Source of the DNA: a virus
Lineage: Duplodnaviria > Caudoviricetes
Length of the DNA stretch: 35,666 bases
Virus record (IMG/VR): IMGVR_UViG_3300045918_000224
Span: 1-35,666 of that record
Direction: 5' to 3' (one strand)
Of the stretch, positions 25,082 through 34,133 are shown piece by piece. Within the stretch, counting starts at the first letter, position 1. Every line of letters starts with the position of its first letter. The notes under the pieces were generated by a model, which was not told where the DNA came from, made no database searches, and saw nothing but the letters and a program-made list of their open reading frames with translations. Both the position numbers and the translations under genes were made by a program.

Positions 25082-26466
25082 GGCTCTTCTCCTGCCACTA
25101 CCGGAGCAGACTTCGGAGGCGCTTGGCCTTCCCCCTCGGCAGGCACTACAACGGGAGCAACAGGCTCGGGAGGCAGCGGTGCTTCACCTGCCCAGCCCCT
25201 GTCCTCGCGAATCTCGTTTGCGCTGCGTATAGCCGTGCCCGTACCTCCGACATAAATAGAATCAATCTGTGCCTGAATCAACGGGTCGATGGATTCTTTC
25301 GTTTCCCAAACGAACTCTGCGTCAGGCAAACCGAACTTCGTCGCCAAGATGCTGTCCATCAGACGCTGGATAAATCTCTTGTTAGGTTGCAGACCCTGTT
25401 CTTCTGCCGCCTCCTTACTAGATTCTGCCGTTGCGCGATTCACACCCTTGATGAACGGCTCTGGTGGAACAGAGAACGCATAGCACACAATGCGTGCCAG
25501 CCAATCATCAAATTCATCCTTGATGGCAGATTGTCGTGTCTCTTTGAACTTCGCCGTGTCCATCGGCAGGAACTTGATCTTGCTACGGTTGGCTGTGTTG
25601 CCTTCCATCAAGCTGTCAAAATACAGCTGGAATTGCGCTACTTGGTCAGGATTCCATGTATCAGGAACAGACATCAATGCTTCAGGCACATTGCCGATCG
25701 TGAAGTATTGCAATTGTGTCATCTGACGGCGAAGTGCAATGTTCACCGTCGTCACGATCTGCTCAACCTTGGAATAGCCATAGCCACGATGGGTGCGTGG
25801 GTTGCCAATGCGGTAGATCAATTCGTCAGTCGTGTAATCTGCTGCAGGAACACCCTTTAGAATTGCTTGGTAAGCAGGGTCTGGTGCCATTGGCGTGCGA
25901 CCTTCGCCGTCCACAACCCGCTTGATAATGCCCGCGTCCAGCAAGTCGAGACTATAAATGCCGCCGCCACGATTCATGCGAGGATAAACAGCGACAGCGT
26001 CGAGCACCATGTGATCCTCCATGACCATGCGCAGCCATGCGTCCCAATCGTATTCAGGGGTAGGTTGCTTGAGCTTGTCAGTGATAACAGCGAGGACAGT
26101 ATCGGCAATCGTCTTTCCTTCACGCGCCTTTATCTTCCAATCCATCGAACACATCTGGTCTTTAACAGTTTCAATGACGAGACGCATGACATCAAGGCTG
26201 TCTGCAAGATTGCGCAAGTCGTTAAAACTAATGCCACCTTTGCCGTCGTCTTTTGGAGTGTACTTGGTGTTGATGGATGGCAGATAGTCATACTGACGAC
26301 CTTGCGCTTGCTCTTGGGCGACTGGCGCGATAGGTTGACTTGGACCAAACCAATTAGAAGGGGCGACACCACTGACGGTGTATCGCAATGCATCTTTCGC
26401 ACGGGCGAGGATGTTGGTGCTTACAGAAGTACCTGCTCCTGCGTCTCTTCCGTTATCGTTAGCCAT
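25078..26466 (-). CDS. Portal protein
   Basis: 462 aa downstream of TerL; YGYSKVEQ, YFT.GN.P, RIVCYAFSVPP, NEIRE..G motifs. Confidence 0.92.
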   Translation of the reverse strand: MANDNGRDAGAGTSVSTNILARAKDALRYTVSGVAPSNWFGPSQPIAPVAQEQAQGRQYDYLPSINTKYTPKDDGKGGISFNDLRNLADSLDVMRLVIETVKDQMCSMDWKIKAREGKTIADTVLAVITDKLKQPTPEYDWDAWLRMVMEDHMVLDAVAVYPRMNRGGGIYSLDLLDAGIIKRVVDGEGRTPMAPDPAYQAILKGVPAADYTTDELIYRIGNPRTHRGYGYSKVEQIVTTVNIALRRQMTQLQYFTIGNVPEALMSVPDTWNPDQVAQFQLYFDSLMEGNTANRSKIKFLPMDTAKFKETRQSAIKDEFDDWLARIVCYAFSVPPEPFIKGVNRATAESSKEAAEEQGLQPNKRFIQRLMDSILATKFGLPDAEFVWETKESIDPLIQAQIDSIYVGGTGTAIRSANEIREDRGWAGEAPLPPEPVAPVVVPAEGEGQAPPKSAPVVAGEEP

Positions 26467-26469
26467 TAC

Positions 26470-26751
26470 TTAACCCTTTGTCCACGTTACAACCAGTTTG
26501 TCATTAAATGCGGTGCAGTCAATGCGCCCAGTTCTTGAATAGAACCCATCATCAACGACAGAAATTTCAACTCCAGCAGCTTGAAATTGTGCAACAGCGT
26601 TGCGCACGACATCTCGATAACCCATTGCAGCATTCACGTCTATCTCCACTGCAAACGTCTTCCGAAATATCCTGTCGTAGTTGTCTTCAAACGCTTTCGA
26701 GTTTGTCTTGGACAGCATGCATGCCCCTGTGTGCTCGTTGATGGAGGACAT
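26470..26751 (-). CDS. Hypothetical protein
   Basis: 93 aa; N..TG....SK..S.AFEDNYDRIF N-terminus; fills the operon gap. Confidence 0.65.
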   Translation of the reverse strand: MSSINEHTGACMLSKTNSKAFEDNYDRIFRKTFAVEIDVNAAMGYRDVVRNAVAQFQAAGVEISVVDDGFYSRTGRIDCTAFNDKLVVTWTKG

Positions 26752-26753
26752 GG

Positions 26754-27083
26754 TTATCTCAAATATTTATTATGGTGGAAAGTTGACTGAGCTTTATGCT
26801 GGTCAATAGCTTTCTGTGTAGCCACTTTATCTGAGCTTGTTTTCATGGCATTAGAATGTGCCATGCTTGCAGCATAATGAGCAATCGATGCCTGCCTGTG
26901 GTTTTCAGGTGAACCATACTTGGTTGCAGCCCGAGTGGCGTCATTTGCGGTCTGTGTAGCTTTGGCAGCGTGTGTGCTGGCAGGAGTAGCTGACGCAGTT
27001 TGGTTTTTCCCGCCACCCGCATGACGACCAGATCCCGGTCCACCCTTCAACAACTGTTCCAAGTTCTCAACTAACGCGCTCAT
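26754..27083 (-). CDS. Small His/Ala-rich protein with a KGGPGSG motif (possible internal head protein)
   Basis: 109 aa; ATGA overlap with terL; GGAGG RBS. Confidence 0.7.
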   Translation of the reverse strand: MSALVENLEQLLKGGPGSGRHAGGGKNQTASATPASTHAAKATQTANDATRAATKYGSPENHRQASIAHYAASMAHSNAMKTSSDKVATQKAIDQHKAQSTFHHNKYLR

Positions 27084-28537
27084 GCCGCCTCCTTCATCTT
27101 TTCGTTGTACTGCTTTTCAAGGTATGCAAACAGGCTGTCTGCACCACAACCTCCACCGTGTAGTTCTGTAAACGCATCACTGCCAGCGTCCACTTGGTCA
27201 TCATGTGGACCGTTTGGGAACATCCGCAGCTCGTCAACAAACGCATCGTTCCAACCGGCTCGCAGCATAACAACATTACTAGCATTTACTTGGCTGGCGA
27301 ACGGCTCTGCGCGTGTGGTCTTCTCACCGCTGACGGTCAACACGTTGGTCGTGTAACCGGAGAGCATGCGGACAAACGATTGCGCTTGCGCCTTACCTGC
27401 CTGTCCGGGATCTTGCGGTAAACGGATCTTCGTTCTGTTGCTATCCCTGCCGGCCGCATTCAAGACCGCCTCGCGGACTCGATCGGGCGATCCCTGAAAG
27501 CGGATTACATCGGAAATTAGAGTGCGTCCATCGGGCATCTTGCCGAGTTTAGCACCCACGGTGTAGTCCCCATCATCGGCGGTGGCGGCTAAGTCCCAAG
27601 CGCGACAAAAGGTGGTTCCTACCGGGATCGCGTCAATCACCGCAAGCTTGTCGGCTTGGAAGAACTCCCCCTCCTCAATAAACGGGCGCTGTTGGTAGAG
27701 CGCCTCCCAAGAGGAGGCGCTCATAACGGCTTTCACAGACAACAGGAAATCGAGTGACTTGTGCGCCGGAAACAACGCTTCGCCCTTCTGTCGATTGGGT
27801 TCGTCGACTGTGGCGATTGCCTGATAACTCAAGGTTTTGATTGAGGGGTCCGCAGCTTTCAAACGACCGATCGGATCGTCCACGTGCCAGCGCGTAAGGA
27901 TGATCAGCAGTCCAGCCGCTTCACTGAAACGCGTAAGGAAGTCATCAGTCAGCCATTCCCAAGTTTTGTCACGTAGCGTCTGACTGCGAGCCTGCTCACG
28001 CCCTTTGATTGGATCGTCGATGACGCCAAGATCCAACGACTCACCAGTAATCGGTCCCCCGACTGTAGTGTTGCGGAAGTAGCCATCACGCCCGGCGTAT
28101 TCCAGAATCTCACGATTACGTAGAGACCCGCTGGTACTCGACGTACCTGCATTCGATCCATTGATGATGGTGTCACGGAATAGCTTCTGATATTTTGGAC
28201 TATCGTAAATGCGTTGCAGTCGCAGGTTGGCACGGATTCCAAGACGCTCCGAGAATGAGGTATAAATGGTTCGGCAGTCCGGGTTATGTCCAGCCAGCCA
28301 TGAAAGGAAATCAATAATCAATTGTGACTTGCCGTGTTGCGGTGGTGCCTCGATAACCAGCTTGGGGCGTTTACCCGCTTGCAGATCTTCCATAAACTGC
28401 TGCAACGCATGTGCAATCTCACGTTGCCACCAACCGAGTTTCATCTTCGGGTTGATGTACTGGCGATAGGCATAAAAGCTCGTTCGCGCCTCATAGTGTG
28501 CCAGCTTCTCCAGTAGATCGAGATCGTCGAGTTTCAT
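27080..28537 (-). CDS. terL: Terminase large subunit
   Basis: Walker A PPQHGKS, Walker B GVIDD, TRWH, ALYQQRP, WDLA, HDDQVDA. Confidence 0.96.
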   Translation of the reverse strand: MKLDDLDLLEKLAHYEARTSFYAYRQYINPKMKLGWWQREIAHALQQFMEDLQAGKRPKLVIEAPPQHGKSQLIIDFLSWLAGHNPDCRTIYTSFSERLGIRANLRLQRIYDSPKYQKLFRDTIINGSNAGTSSTSGSLRNREILEYAGRDGYFRNTTVGGPITGESLDLGVIDDPIKGREQARSQTLRDKTWEWLTDDFLTRFSEAAGLLIILTRWHVDDPIGRLKAADPSIKTLSYQAIATVDEPNRQKGEALFPAHKSLDFLLSVKAVMSASSWEALYQQRPFIEEGEFFQADKLAVIDAIPVGTTFCRAWDLAATADDGDYTVGAKLGKMPDGRTLISDVIRFQGSPDRVREAVLNAAGRDSNRTKIRLPQDPGQAGKAQAQSFVRMLSGYTTNVLTVSGEKTTRAEPFASQVNASNVVMLRAGWNDAFVDELRMFPNGPHDDQVDAGSDAFTELHGGGCGADSLFAYLEKQYNEKMKEAA

Positions 28538-29145
28538 TTCTCGAATACAGTAATCGGGAGACCCCGTTTGATTGCTTCCTCCTTCAACTGCTCATTGGTC
28601 AATTCGACCACCTGTGATTGCAGGGGACCGCCGTTAGCACCCGTGACCTCTTGTCGATCCACAAACTGGCGATTGATCTTCCCTAGCAGTTCGGTGGCTT
28701 TGAGTAGTGCCATAGCATCAACCAAAGTCTCGTCCACTACGAACGAAATCTCGCCGGTCTCCTCATCAACGATGCGCTTCTTCTGGGAGCGCTTCTTCTG
28801 AGAAACCGCAGAGACGAGATTGAGCAGGTTGAGTACATAGTCATCATCCATGCCCAATGCCTGCACGCGTAATTGCATACGCCGTTCAAGTTCTTTTGCC
28901 ACATGTGGACGTTTGGCAAAATCACTACCACGCGTTGCACAAGTCGTGTACGGTGCTTCAGGTCGAAGTTTCTGAAACGCCGCGGTCTTGTTGAATGTAG
29001 GCTCTTTCATCAGGTAGGCAACGAAGAGCGCCTCCTCGTAGTTCAAGCCACCTACATGCTGCTCCCGCGCAGCTTGACCCAAGAGCCCGCGCTTAGCAGG
29101 TCTTTGTCTCTTTGCGCGTACAGGTTTTGTTGCCGGGTCGGACAT
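28534..29145 (-). CDS. terS: Terminase small subunit
   Basis: Immediately upstream of terL; FV..Y....N.TAA HTH-like region, ALLKATELLGK, EVTGANGGPL; GGAG RBS before ATG 29145 (alternative starts 29160/29169). Confidence 0.85.
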   Translation of the reverse strand: MSDPATKPVRAKRQRPAKRGLLGQAAREQHVGGLNYEEALFVAYLMKEPTFNKTAAFQKLRPEAPYTTCATRGSDFAKRPHVAKELERRMQLRVQALGMDDDYVLNLLNLVSAVSQKKRSQKKRIVDEETGEISFVVDETLVDAMALLKATELLGKINRQFVDRQEVTGANGGPLQSQVVELTNEQLKEEAIKRGLPITVFEK

Positions 29146-29177
29146 AAGGGCGCTCCGCATTGGAATCAATTAGCGGC

Positions 29178-29206
29178 ATGATATATGACTATCGTCCAAA
29201 AATCAA
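29178..29206 (-). promoter_or_regulatory. Sigma70-like promoter for the packaging operon, TTGATT-N17-TATCAT
   Basis: -35 at 29201..29206, -10 at 29178..29183; upstream of terS. Confidence 0.55.
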
Positions 29207-29226
29207 CCACCTCACATTCGCCGGCT

Positions 29227-29473
29227 CTATATAGGGAATTTTAGAGGTTATGCATTTCGTTCAAAATAAAAGGCATCGACAGGATAGATATTGTATCAAA
29301 TTGCCATAAATTCCCAATATATTAACAAACCTGTAAAGCCCGATTACCTAATACAGCTTAACTTATTGTATTTAGTAAATGATATTAGGTATATTAGGTA
29401 TATTAGGTTTTTTTTAAAAACACGACACATGCGAGGCATATAATTCCCTATATAGGAGCTAATAACCTAATAT
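29227..29473. repeat. AT-rich iteron/inverted-repeat region (candidate origin or packaging site)
   Basis: ATATTAGGT x3 (29382..29408); inverted ACCTAATA at 29346 and 29465; 14-bp inverted repeat at 29227..29240 and 29442..29455. Confidence 0.8.
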
Positions 29474-29920
29474 TTTGCCGGGTGTTGTGCACGGGGCGGT
29501 AGTGAGCGCTGTGGCCAATAGCTGCCAATCCGTATTTCTGGCAGGAATCACTAAAGTGCAGCGATCTGGCAGGATTGTGCTATTAAATCCGCTTAACTCT
29601 CTGGCAAATATTCCCGGAATGAGGAAGAGAAACTGTCCACCTTGTGCAAGAATCCAGCAATTTGCGCCTGCCCGGCTGCGTCCATGAAGCCAAGAAACCT
29701 GTTCAGGTCTTAGCCCGAACTGCCCGGAAAAGACCGGAGTGCTAATACGCGAAGGCAGTTTTTCGCGATATTTGAGCTCCACGAAAGCGCAATTTCCTGT
29801 TTTTTTGCAATGAAAAACGGTGTCAGGGACGCCTTGCCCAACCATATTTTCGAGGCGTTGGGCGAATAAATAGGGTGAAATACCGGTCCGCATTCGCTCC
29901 CAGAGCCGCGCCTCGCTCAT
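29459..29920 (-). CDS. PD-(D/E)XK nuclease (VRR-NUC/Holliday junction resolvase-like)
   Basis: SE..LW, RLEN....GVPD, FVELK, LRPEQ..W motifs. Confidence 0.85.
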   Translation of the reverse strand: MSEARLWERMRTGISPYLFAQRLENMVGQGVPDTVFHCKKTGNCAFVELKYREKLPSRISTPVFSGQFGLRPEQVSWLHGRSRAGANCWILAQGGQFLFLIPGIFARELSGFNSTILPDRCTLVIPARNTDWQLLATALTTAPCTTPGKILGY

Positions 29921-30138
29921 TTGATTGACTCGTATTTGAGGGAAAAGAGGTGTTTGTTCTTAGCTTTGAGTCCGCCATTTTCTCCTTTGACGCGCCAAGC
30001 GCCGATTGATAGGGTGAAGATTCCTGCCGAGTGGCGCACCATAAGATCGTGATCGAGCGCTCGCATGGTGGTGATGTTTGTGCGGTCCCATTGAACTACC
30101 TGCGCGCGGTGTATTATTTTCTGGTGTGTGTATTTCAT
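29917..30138 (-). CDS. Hypothetical protein
   Basis: 73 aa; abuts the polymerase stop and overlaps the next ATG; W.VKGENG..F..KYE. Confidence 0.6.
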   Translation of the reverse strand: MKYTHQKIIHRAQVVQWDRTNITTMRALDHDLMVRHSAGIFTLSIGAWRVKGENGGLKAKNKHLFSLKYESIK

Positions 30139-32199
30139 TTATGCCTCCGTGTGATCGGTTTGTTCGCCCCAAGTGGGACCGTTAGTGCGCTCGACGCGCA
30201 TGGGCACTTTCCATTTGATTGCGTTCTCCATGATGTGTCTGGCTTCGGTGAGTGCTTCTTCTGCTTCGGGTGTTTCGGGATTGCTAAAGTTGACGTCATC
30301 GTGAACGATATTGAGTGGATAGCCTATGATATTGAAGAGCCCCGCTTTATAGCATTCGACGAGTGCCTTTTTAACGTGGCTGCCTTCGCCGTCTTGCGCC
30401 AGACGATTGAGTCCTAGGTGAGTGAAGGCGCGGACGACGTCCTTGTCACGCCCGCCGACGGCCGCGACTAGTGCGGCGCGATCGGTGGTTTGTTTGTGGT
30501 CTTTACGTTTATTCCAGTCGCGGGGTTCCCAGTGATCGAAACGATGCCGGCGACCGAGGATACCTTTGATGTATCCGCGCTGTTGCCCGGTGGTGGCGAT
30601 TGTGTCAGCGGTGGTTCGGATGAAAGGCGCTCCGGCATGGTATGCCTCAATCAGTGGTTTGGCTTCGGCGACAGGGAGGCCGAGGTTCTCGGCTAGTTTA
30701 TCCAGCCCCATCGTGAAGGCTAGGCCGAAGTTAATAGTCTTGACTGGTTTGCGTTCCAAGTGTACACCGGTAGTTTCTTTGATTAGCGCCTGCACCATGT
30801 TGTGATAATCTGTTTGTGGATCGGCGTGGTATTTTGCGCGCGCTTCATCTGCGCCTGCCCCGATCGCATAGTGGCAGATGATACGAAATTGAATCTGGCT
30901 GAAGTCATACACAGTCCACTGTGCGCCGTCTTCGGGTAACCAGAGAGTGCGAATCATGGGACCGATTTCCTCATCGCGTGAGGGTATGTTTTCGAGGTTC
31001 GGTGAATCTGAACTGAAGCGCCCTACAATTGTGCCACCGCGTTCGGAGCGTAGTTGATGGAACTGTCCATGTATGCGCCCGTTGATCTGTTTGTCCAGTA
31101 TGTAGCCATCGATGAAAGTGGCGCTGGCTTTATCGAATCGTCGCGCGTTACGGATTAAGGAAGTAATCTTGGAGGGATGGTGTTCCAGCCATTCGGATGT
31201 AAACGATGGAGCGCCCTTGGCGGTCTTGGGATAGGTGATGCCCTTTTTATCGAGCGCCGCCGCGATGCTTTGTGCTGCCCAGATATCAACCTTGACTCCG
31301 GTTATGTCTTTGATTTCATCAACTGCGTCCTTGACGCAGTTGATCATCGATTCTTTGACGCGTCCTGCCGCCTCGACATCGACGCGAACGCCTTTCATGC
31401 GCATGCCGACCAGTATACGCGGGATCACCGCCTCAATTTGAAATAGCTCCATCAAACCTTGTGCTTCGAGCAATGGTTTTTGATGCTGCCAGATACGGAG
31501 CGGCAGGTCGACATCGCCTTCGGCATACGGTCCCACGAGTGAAGGTGGGGCGCGATAAATGTTACCCGCCTGCGGACGACCTTCCTTGCCGCCGTAGGCA
31601 CGGTGACACCAGTTGTAAAGCGCGTCATCCACCTTTCCTTCGCCGAGGTATTTTTCTGCGAGGGAATCGAGCGCGTAGGTGGTGCGGTGTTCATCGAGTA
31701 GCGGCTCGGCAATCTGTACGTCAATGATATCCCCTGCCACGTCGACACCCTCCTGTTTCAACCAGCCCAAATCGTATTGTGAATTGGCAAATACTTTTGG
31801 CTGGTGGGCTCTGCCAAATTCATCACGGCACCATTGCAGGACGGCTTCTGGCGGCAGATTGCCTTCGCCGACTATGTGGCGCATCGGGAAATACCATCGC
31901 TGCCCGTCATCTGTCCCGACTGCGATCCCTACGATGTGGCCTACACCCCTTCCCCAACCCGGACCGTGTGTCAAAAGATCTGGATCATAGGTCTCGCAAT
32001 CGATGCAAATCATCTGGGCGCTATCTAAGCGAGGGAACGCGGTAGGCGGCTTCCAACCGGTTTCAGGTAGGGCAGGCATGGCGCGCTGCTGAACAGCGTG
32101 GGGAGCCCTTGTTTTGCCCTCCCCTGCTGCCTTCTTGGTGCGCTCCTGTAATGCTGGATGCGCATCGATCCAGAATAAGCCTTCGGCATCGGCTCTCAT
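30139..32199 (-). CDS. polA: Family A DNA polymerase with 3'-5' exonuclease domain
   Basis: Exo I IDCET, Exo II NSQYD, Exo III YAEGD; GRFSS..PNL.NIP; motif A DFSQIQFR; motif B RKPVKTINFGLAF; motif C VHDD. Confidence 0.95.
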   Translation of the reverse strand: MRADAEGLFWIDAHPALQERTKKAAGEGKTRAPHAVQQRAMPALPETGWKPPTAFPRLDSAQMICIDCETYDPDLLTHGPGWGRGVGHIVGIAVGTDDGQRWYFPMRHIVGEGNLPPEAVLQWCRDEFGRAHQPKVFANSQYDLGWLKQEGVDVAGDIIDVQIAEPLLDEHRTTYALDSLAEKYLGEGKVDDALYNWCHRAYGGKEGRPQAGNIYRAPPSLVGPYAEGDVDLPLRIWQHQKPLLEAQGLMELFQIEAVIPRILVGMRMKGVRVDVEAAGRVKESMINCVKDAVDEIKDITGVKVDIWAAQSIAAALDKKGITYPKTAKGAPSFTSEWLEHHPSKITSLIRNARRFDKASATFIDGYILDKQINGRIHGQFHQLRSERGGTIVGRFSSDSPNLENIPSRDEEIGPMIRTLWLPEDGAQWTVYDFSQIQFRIICHYAIGAGADEARAKYHADPQTDYHNMVQALIKETTGVHLERKPVKTINFGLAFTMGLDKLAENLGLPVAEAKPLIEAYHAGAPFIRTTADTIATTGQQRGYIKGILGRRHRFDHWEPRDWNKRKDHKQTTDRAALVAAVGGRDKDVVRAFTHLGLNRLAQDGEGSHVKKALVECYKAGLFNIIGYPLNIVHDDVNFSNPETPEAEEALTEARHIMENAIKWKVPMRVERTNGPTWGEQTDHTEA

Positions 32200-33149
32200 G
32201 CGCGGAGCCCCACAAACATACCTTCGATATCGTTACCGGAGAACCCGATTGGATTGGGGTATGCGGCGAAGTCGACGTGCGTTGCAACACCGAGTACCAG
32301 TTGCAGAACTTCGGCGCGATAGCTGCCGTCTGGCAGGGGGATGTCCCCCACTGCGGCAGAGTGATCCCCCTCGGTTGTGCTAACGCCGTTCTCCCCGAAC
32401 TTGATCACCGGCATTTTCGGATCAGGACAAAATGGAAGGATCTTGTCTATGGCGTTCGTCAGGAGAGGTGGAACCGGATCGCCGAAGGTGAGACCTTCAA
32501 ACTTCGTTTCAATCGACGGCCATTCGCCCATCAGGAGGTGTGCGCGAAGCCAGGCATCTCCTAATTCAAACACCAATGCGGAGTTATCTTGCAGGATTGC
32601 GGTCGGTTCTTGCCCAATGCGTAGCAGTTCGTCCACGGCGTACACAGGAAGGTTAACAGCACCGAAGCCCCAAGGCAGCGGAGTACGTACGAGGGCTATA
32701 TTGTTCGTCGCGTAGGCATAGCCATCGCGCAGCAGGATGCCGGTGCTCCATGGACGACTCGCATCCTCCGAAACGAACGGACGCAGGAGGCGAAGTGCCG
32801 GGAGTAAACCACCACCCAATTCGATCAGCTCCCCGGACTTTGTTGCCAGCGGGAATGTTGTGTGATCACCGAGTGGCAAGGTGGCACGGAACGACTTTCG
32901 TTTCAGGGTCAGCTTGCCACCATCGGTGAGGTTTAAGGTTGGTTCCCCATCACAGGCATCGACCGCCTTTAGGAAGCGCTCGGCAGGTACGGTGAAGTCC
33001 CCGACGCCGAACGCTTGGAACGGGGCGTCGATTGCAATCTTGCCGTTCTGTCCTTGAATGCGACCGGCGTAGAGATGAAAGCATTGCAGGACGGGTATCA
33101 GGTCTTTTGTACTTACCGAACCGCGGACGAATTTTAATGTGTTAATCAT
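32196..33149 (-). CDS. DNA polymerase III beta (sliding clamp)-like protein
   Basis: 317 aa; VS.KD..PVL, F.VPA..F, VS.DASRP...GI.L....AYATN, L..GEWP resemble the DnaN repeats; coupled to polA. Confidence 0.78.
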   Translation of the reverse strand: MINTLKFVRGSVSTKDLIPVLQCFHLYAGRIQGQNGKIAIDAPFQAFGVGDFTVPAERFLKAVDACDGEPTLNLTDGGKLTLKRKSFRATLPLGDHTTFPLATKSGELIELGGGLLPALRLLRPFVSEDASRPWSTGILLRDGYAYATNNIALVRTPLPWGFGAVNLPVYAVDELLRIGQEPTAILQDNSALVFELGDAWLRAHLLMGEWPSIETKFEGLTFGDPVPPLLTNAIDKILPFCPDPKMPVIKFGENGVSTTEGDHSAAVGDIPLPDGSYRAEVLQLVLGVATHVDFAAYPNPIGFSGNDIEGMFVGLRA

Positions 33150-33158
33150 GATGAACTC

Positions 33159-34133
33159 CTAATCAAAAAGGCCTTTTGTTTTGTGGAAGAAACGACGATC
33201 TGCTGCAGCCGCAATACGTTCCATCTCTTGAAACGCTGCGATGTTTACAATGGCGCGAGCGCAGTATGCCGGAAAGTTTTCTCCGCCGACCGCACACTCC
33301 TCCAAGTTCGTGCCAAGTGCCTCGATATGATTCTTGACGAACGCCTGCTCGATTGGTGACAGCTCGTTATAATGTATTCCGCCAACCTTCTTGGCATCGG
33401 GGGAGGAGGCGGAGATTGCGATCTTGCATAACTTGCCGCCCATGAAAATCGTCACCGAGCCAAGTGCGCCTGCCATCAACCATGACGTACTATCGACGCT
33501 ATGCCATGGATATCGCATGCAATAATATGGCGATGTGACGGCGAAGCCATGCACCTTGACCTTCGGATTACCGCCTTTGTCCGCAATGCGTTCCCATGCA
33601 AGATCCAGCCAGTTGCGCAACGCCTCGCCGGTGCCGAGCTGCGCCACCCCACCAATGCCGATCCCATCTTCACCGCACTCCGCCAGCATGGCATCGAGCG
33701 CCTCGAAGGGTTCACCATAGTGGAAGGTCGGGATGATTCTGGCGCCTGCCGCCTTCATGTAGCGAAAGTTTTTCATTGAGGCTTCAGCATCACCGATCAC
33801 ATCTAGTCCCGCGATCTTCTGGAACTTGTCCTGCCACTCCAACACGAAGGTTGTGTACTTCTCGAGCGGGATGGAAAGGTTTTGTGTCAAGGCCGAATAC
33901 GCCCCGGAGTCAAGGAATAAATCCTTGCCGAGGGCGGTCTGCCGCCGTAGTGTTTCGGTGACGTTAGTCATGCCATCGTAGTAGTAAGAGAGAAGGCGGC
34001 GATGGACGAGCTTGTCCACGCGCTCCACATTGTCTAGATAGTTCCCGGAGAGATAAATCTTCATTTGTTCCTCTGTTAAGTATTTCAATGGGACGGACAG
34101 CATGCGCTGACTGTCGGATAGATAAATCTTCAT
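33159..34133 (-). CDS. dpdA: DpdA-like 7-deazaguanine DNA transglycosylase (TGT fold)
   Basis: LLSYYY, LFLDSGAYSA, LDVIGD, IPTFHYGEP, IGIGG, KVHGFA, YPWHSVDSTSW; no tRNA-TGT CxCxxC zinc motif; adjacent to clamp and polymerase. Confidence 0.88.
   Translation of the reverse strand: MKIYLSDSQRMLSVPLKYLTEEQMKIYLSGNYLDNVERVDKLVHRRLLSYYYDGMTNVTETLRRQTALGKDLFLDSGAYSALTQNLSIPLEKYTTFVLEWQDKFQKIAGLDVIGDAEASMKNFRYMKAAGARIIPTFHYGEPFEALDAMLAECGEDGIGIGGVAQLGTGEALRNWLDLAWERIADKGGNPKVKVHGFAVTSPYYCMRYPWHSVDSTSWLMAGALGSVTIFMGGKLCKIAISASSPDAKKVGGIHYNELSPIEQAFVKNHIEALGTNLEECAVGGENFPAYCARAIVNIAAFQEMERIAAAADRRFFHKTKGLFD

Noticed and set aside
25123-26538. Long plus-strand ORFs (245 and 223 aa) opposite the portal gene, and the other plus-strand ORFs in the track
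   Set aside because: They are antisense to well-supported genes and show no motifs; expected codon-bias shadows.
29382-29408. Tandem repeats as a CRISPR array
   Set aside because: 9-bp units with no spacers and no cas genes.
30139-32199. PolA as a pseudogene, or as DpoZ (Z-genome polymerase)
   Set aside because: The ORF is full length with catalytic residues intact; no purZ/datZ in the window and I cannot support DpoZ membership by eye.
27080-32199. Inteins or introns in terL or polA
   Set aside because: Lengths are normal, motifs are contiguous, and no splice-junction or homing endonuclease signatures were seen.
33159-34133. tRNA-guanine transglycosylase (tgt) call
   Set aside because: No CxCxxC zinc motif, PTFH instead of the TGT Gln motif, and a replication-gene context all favour DNA-acting DpdA.
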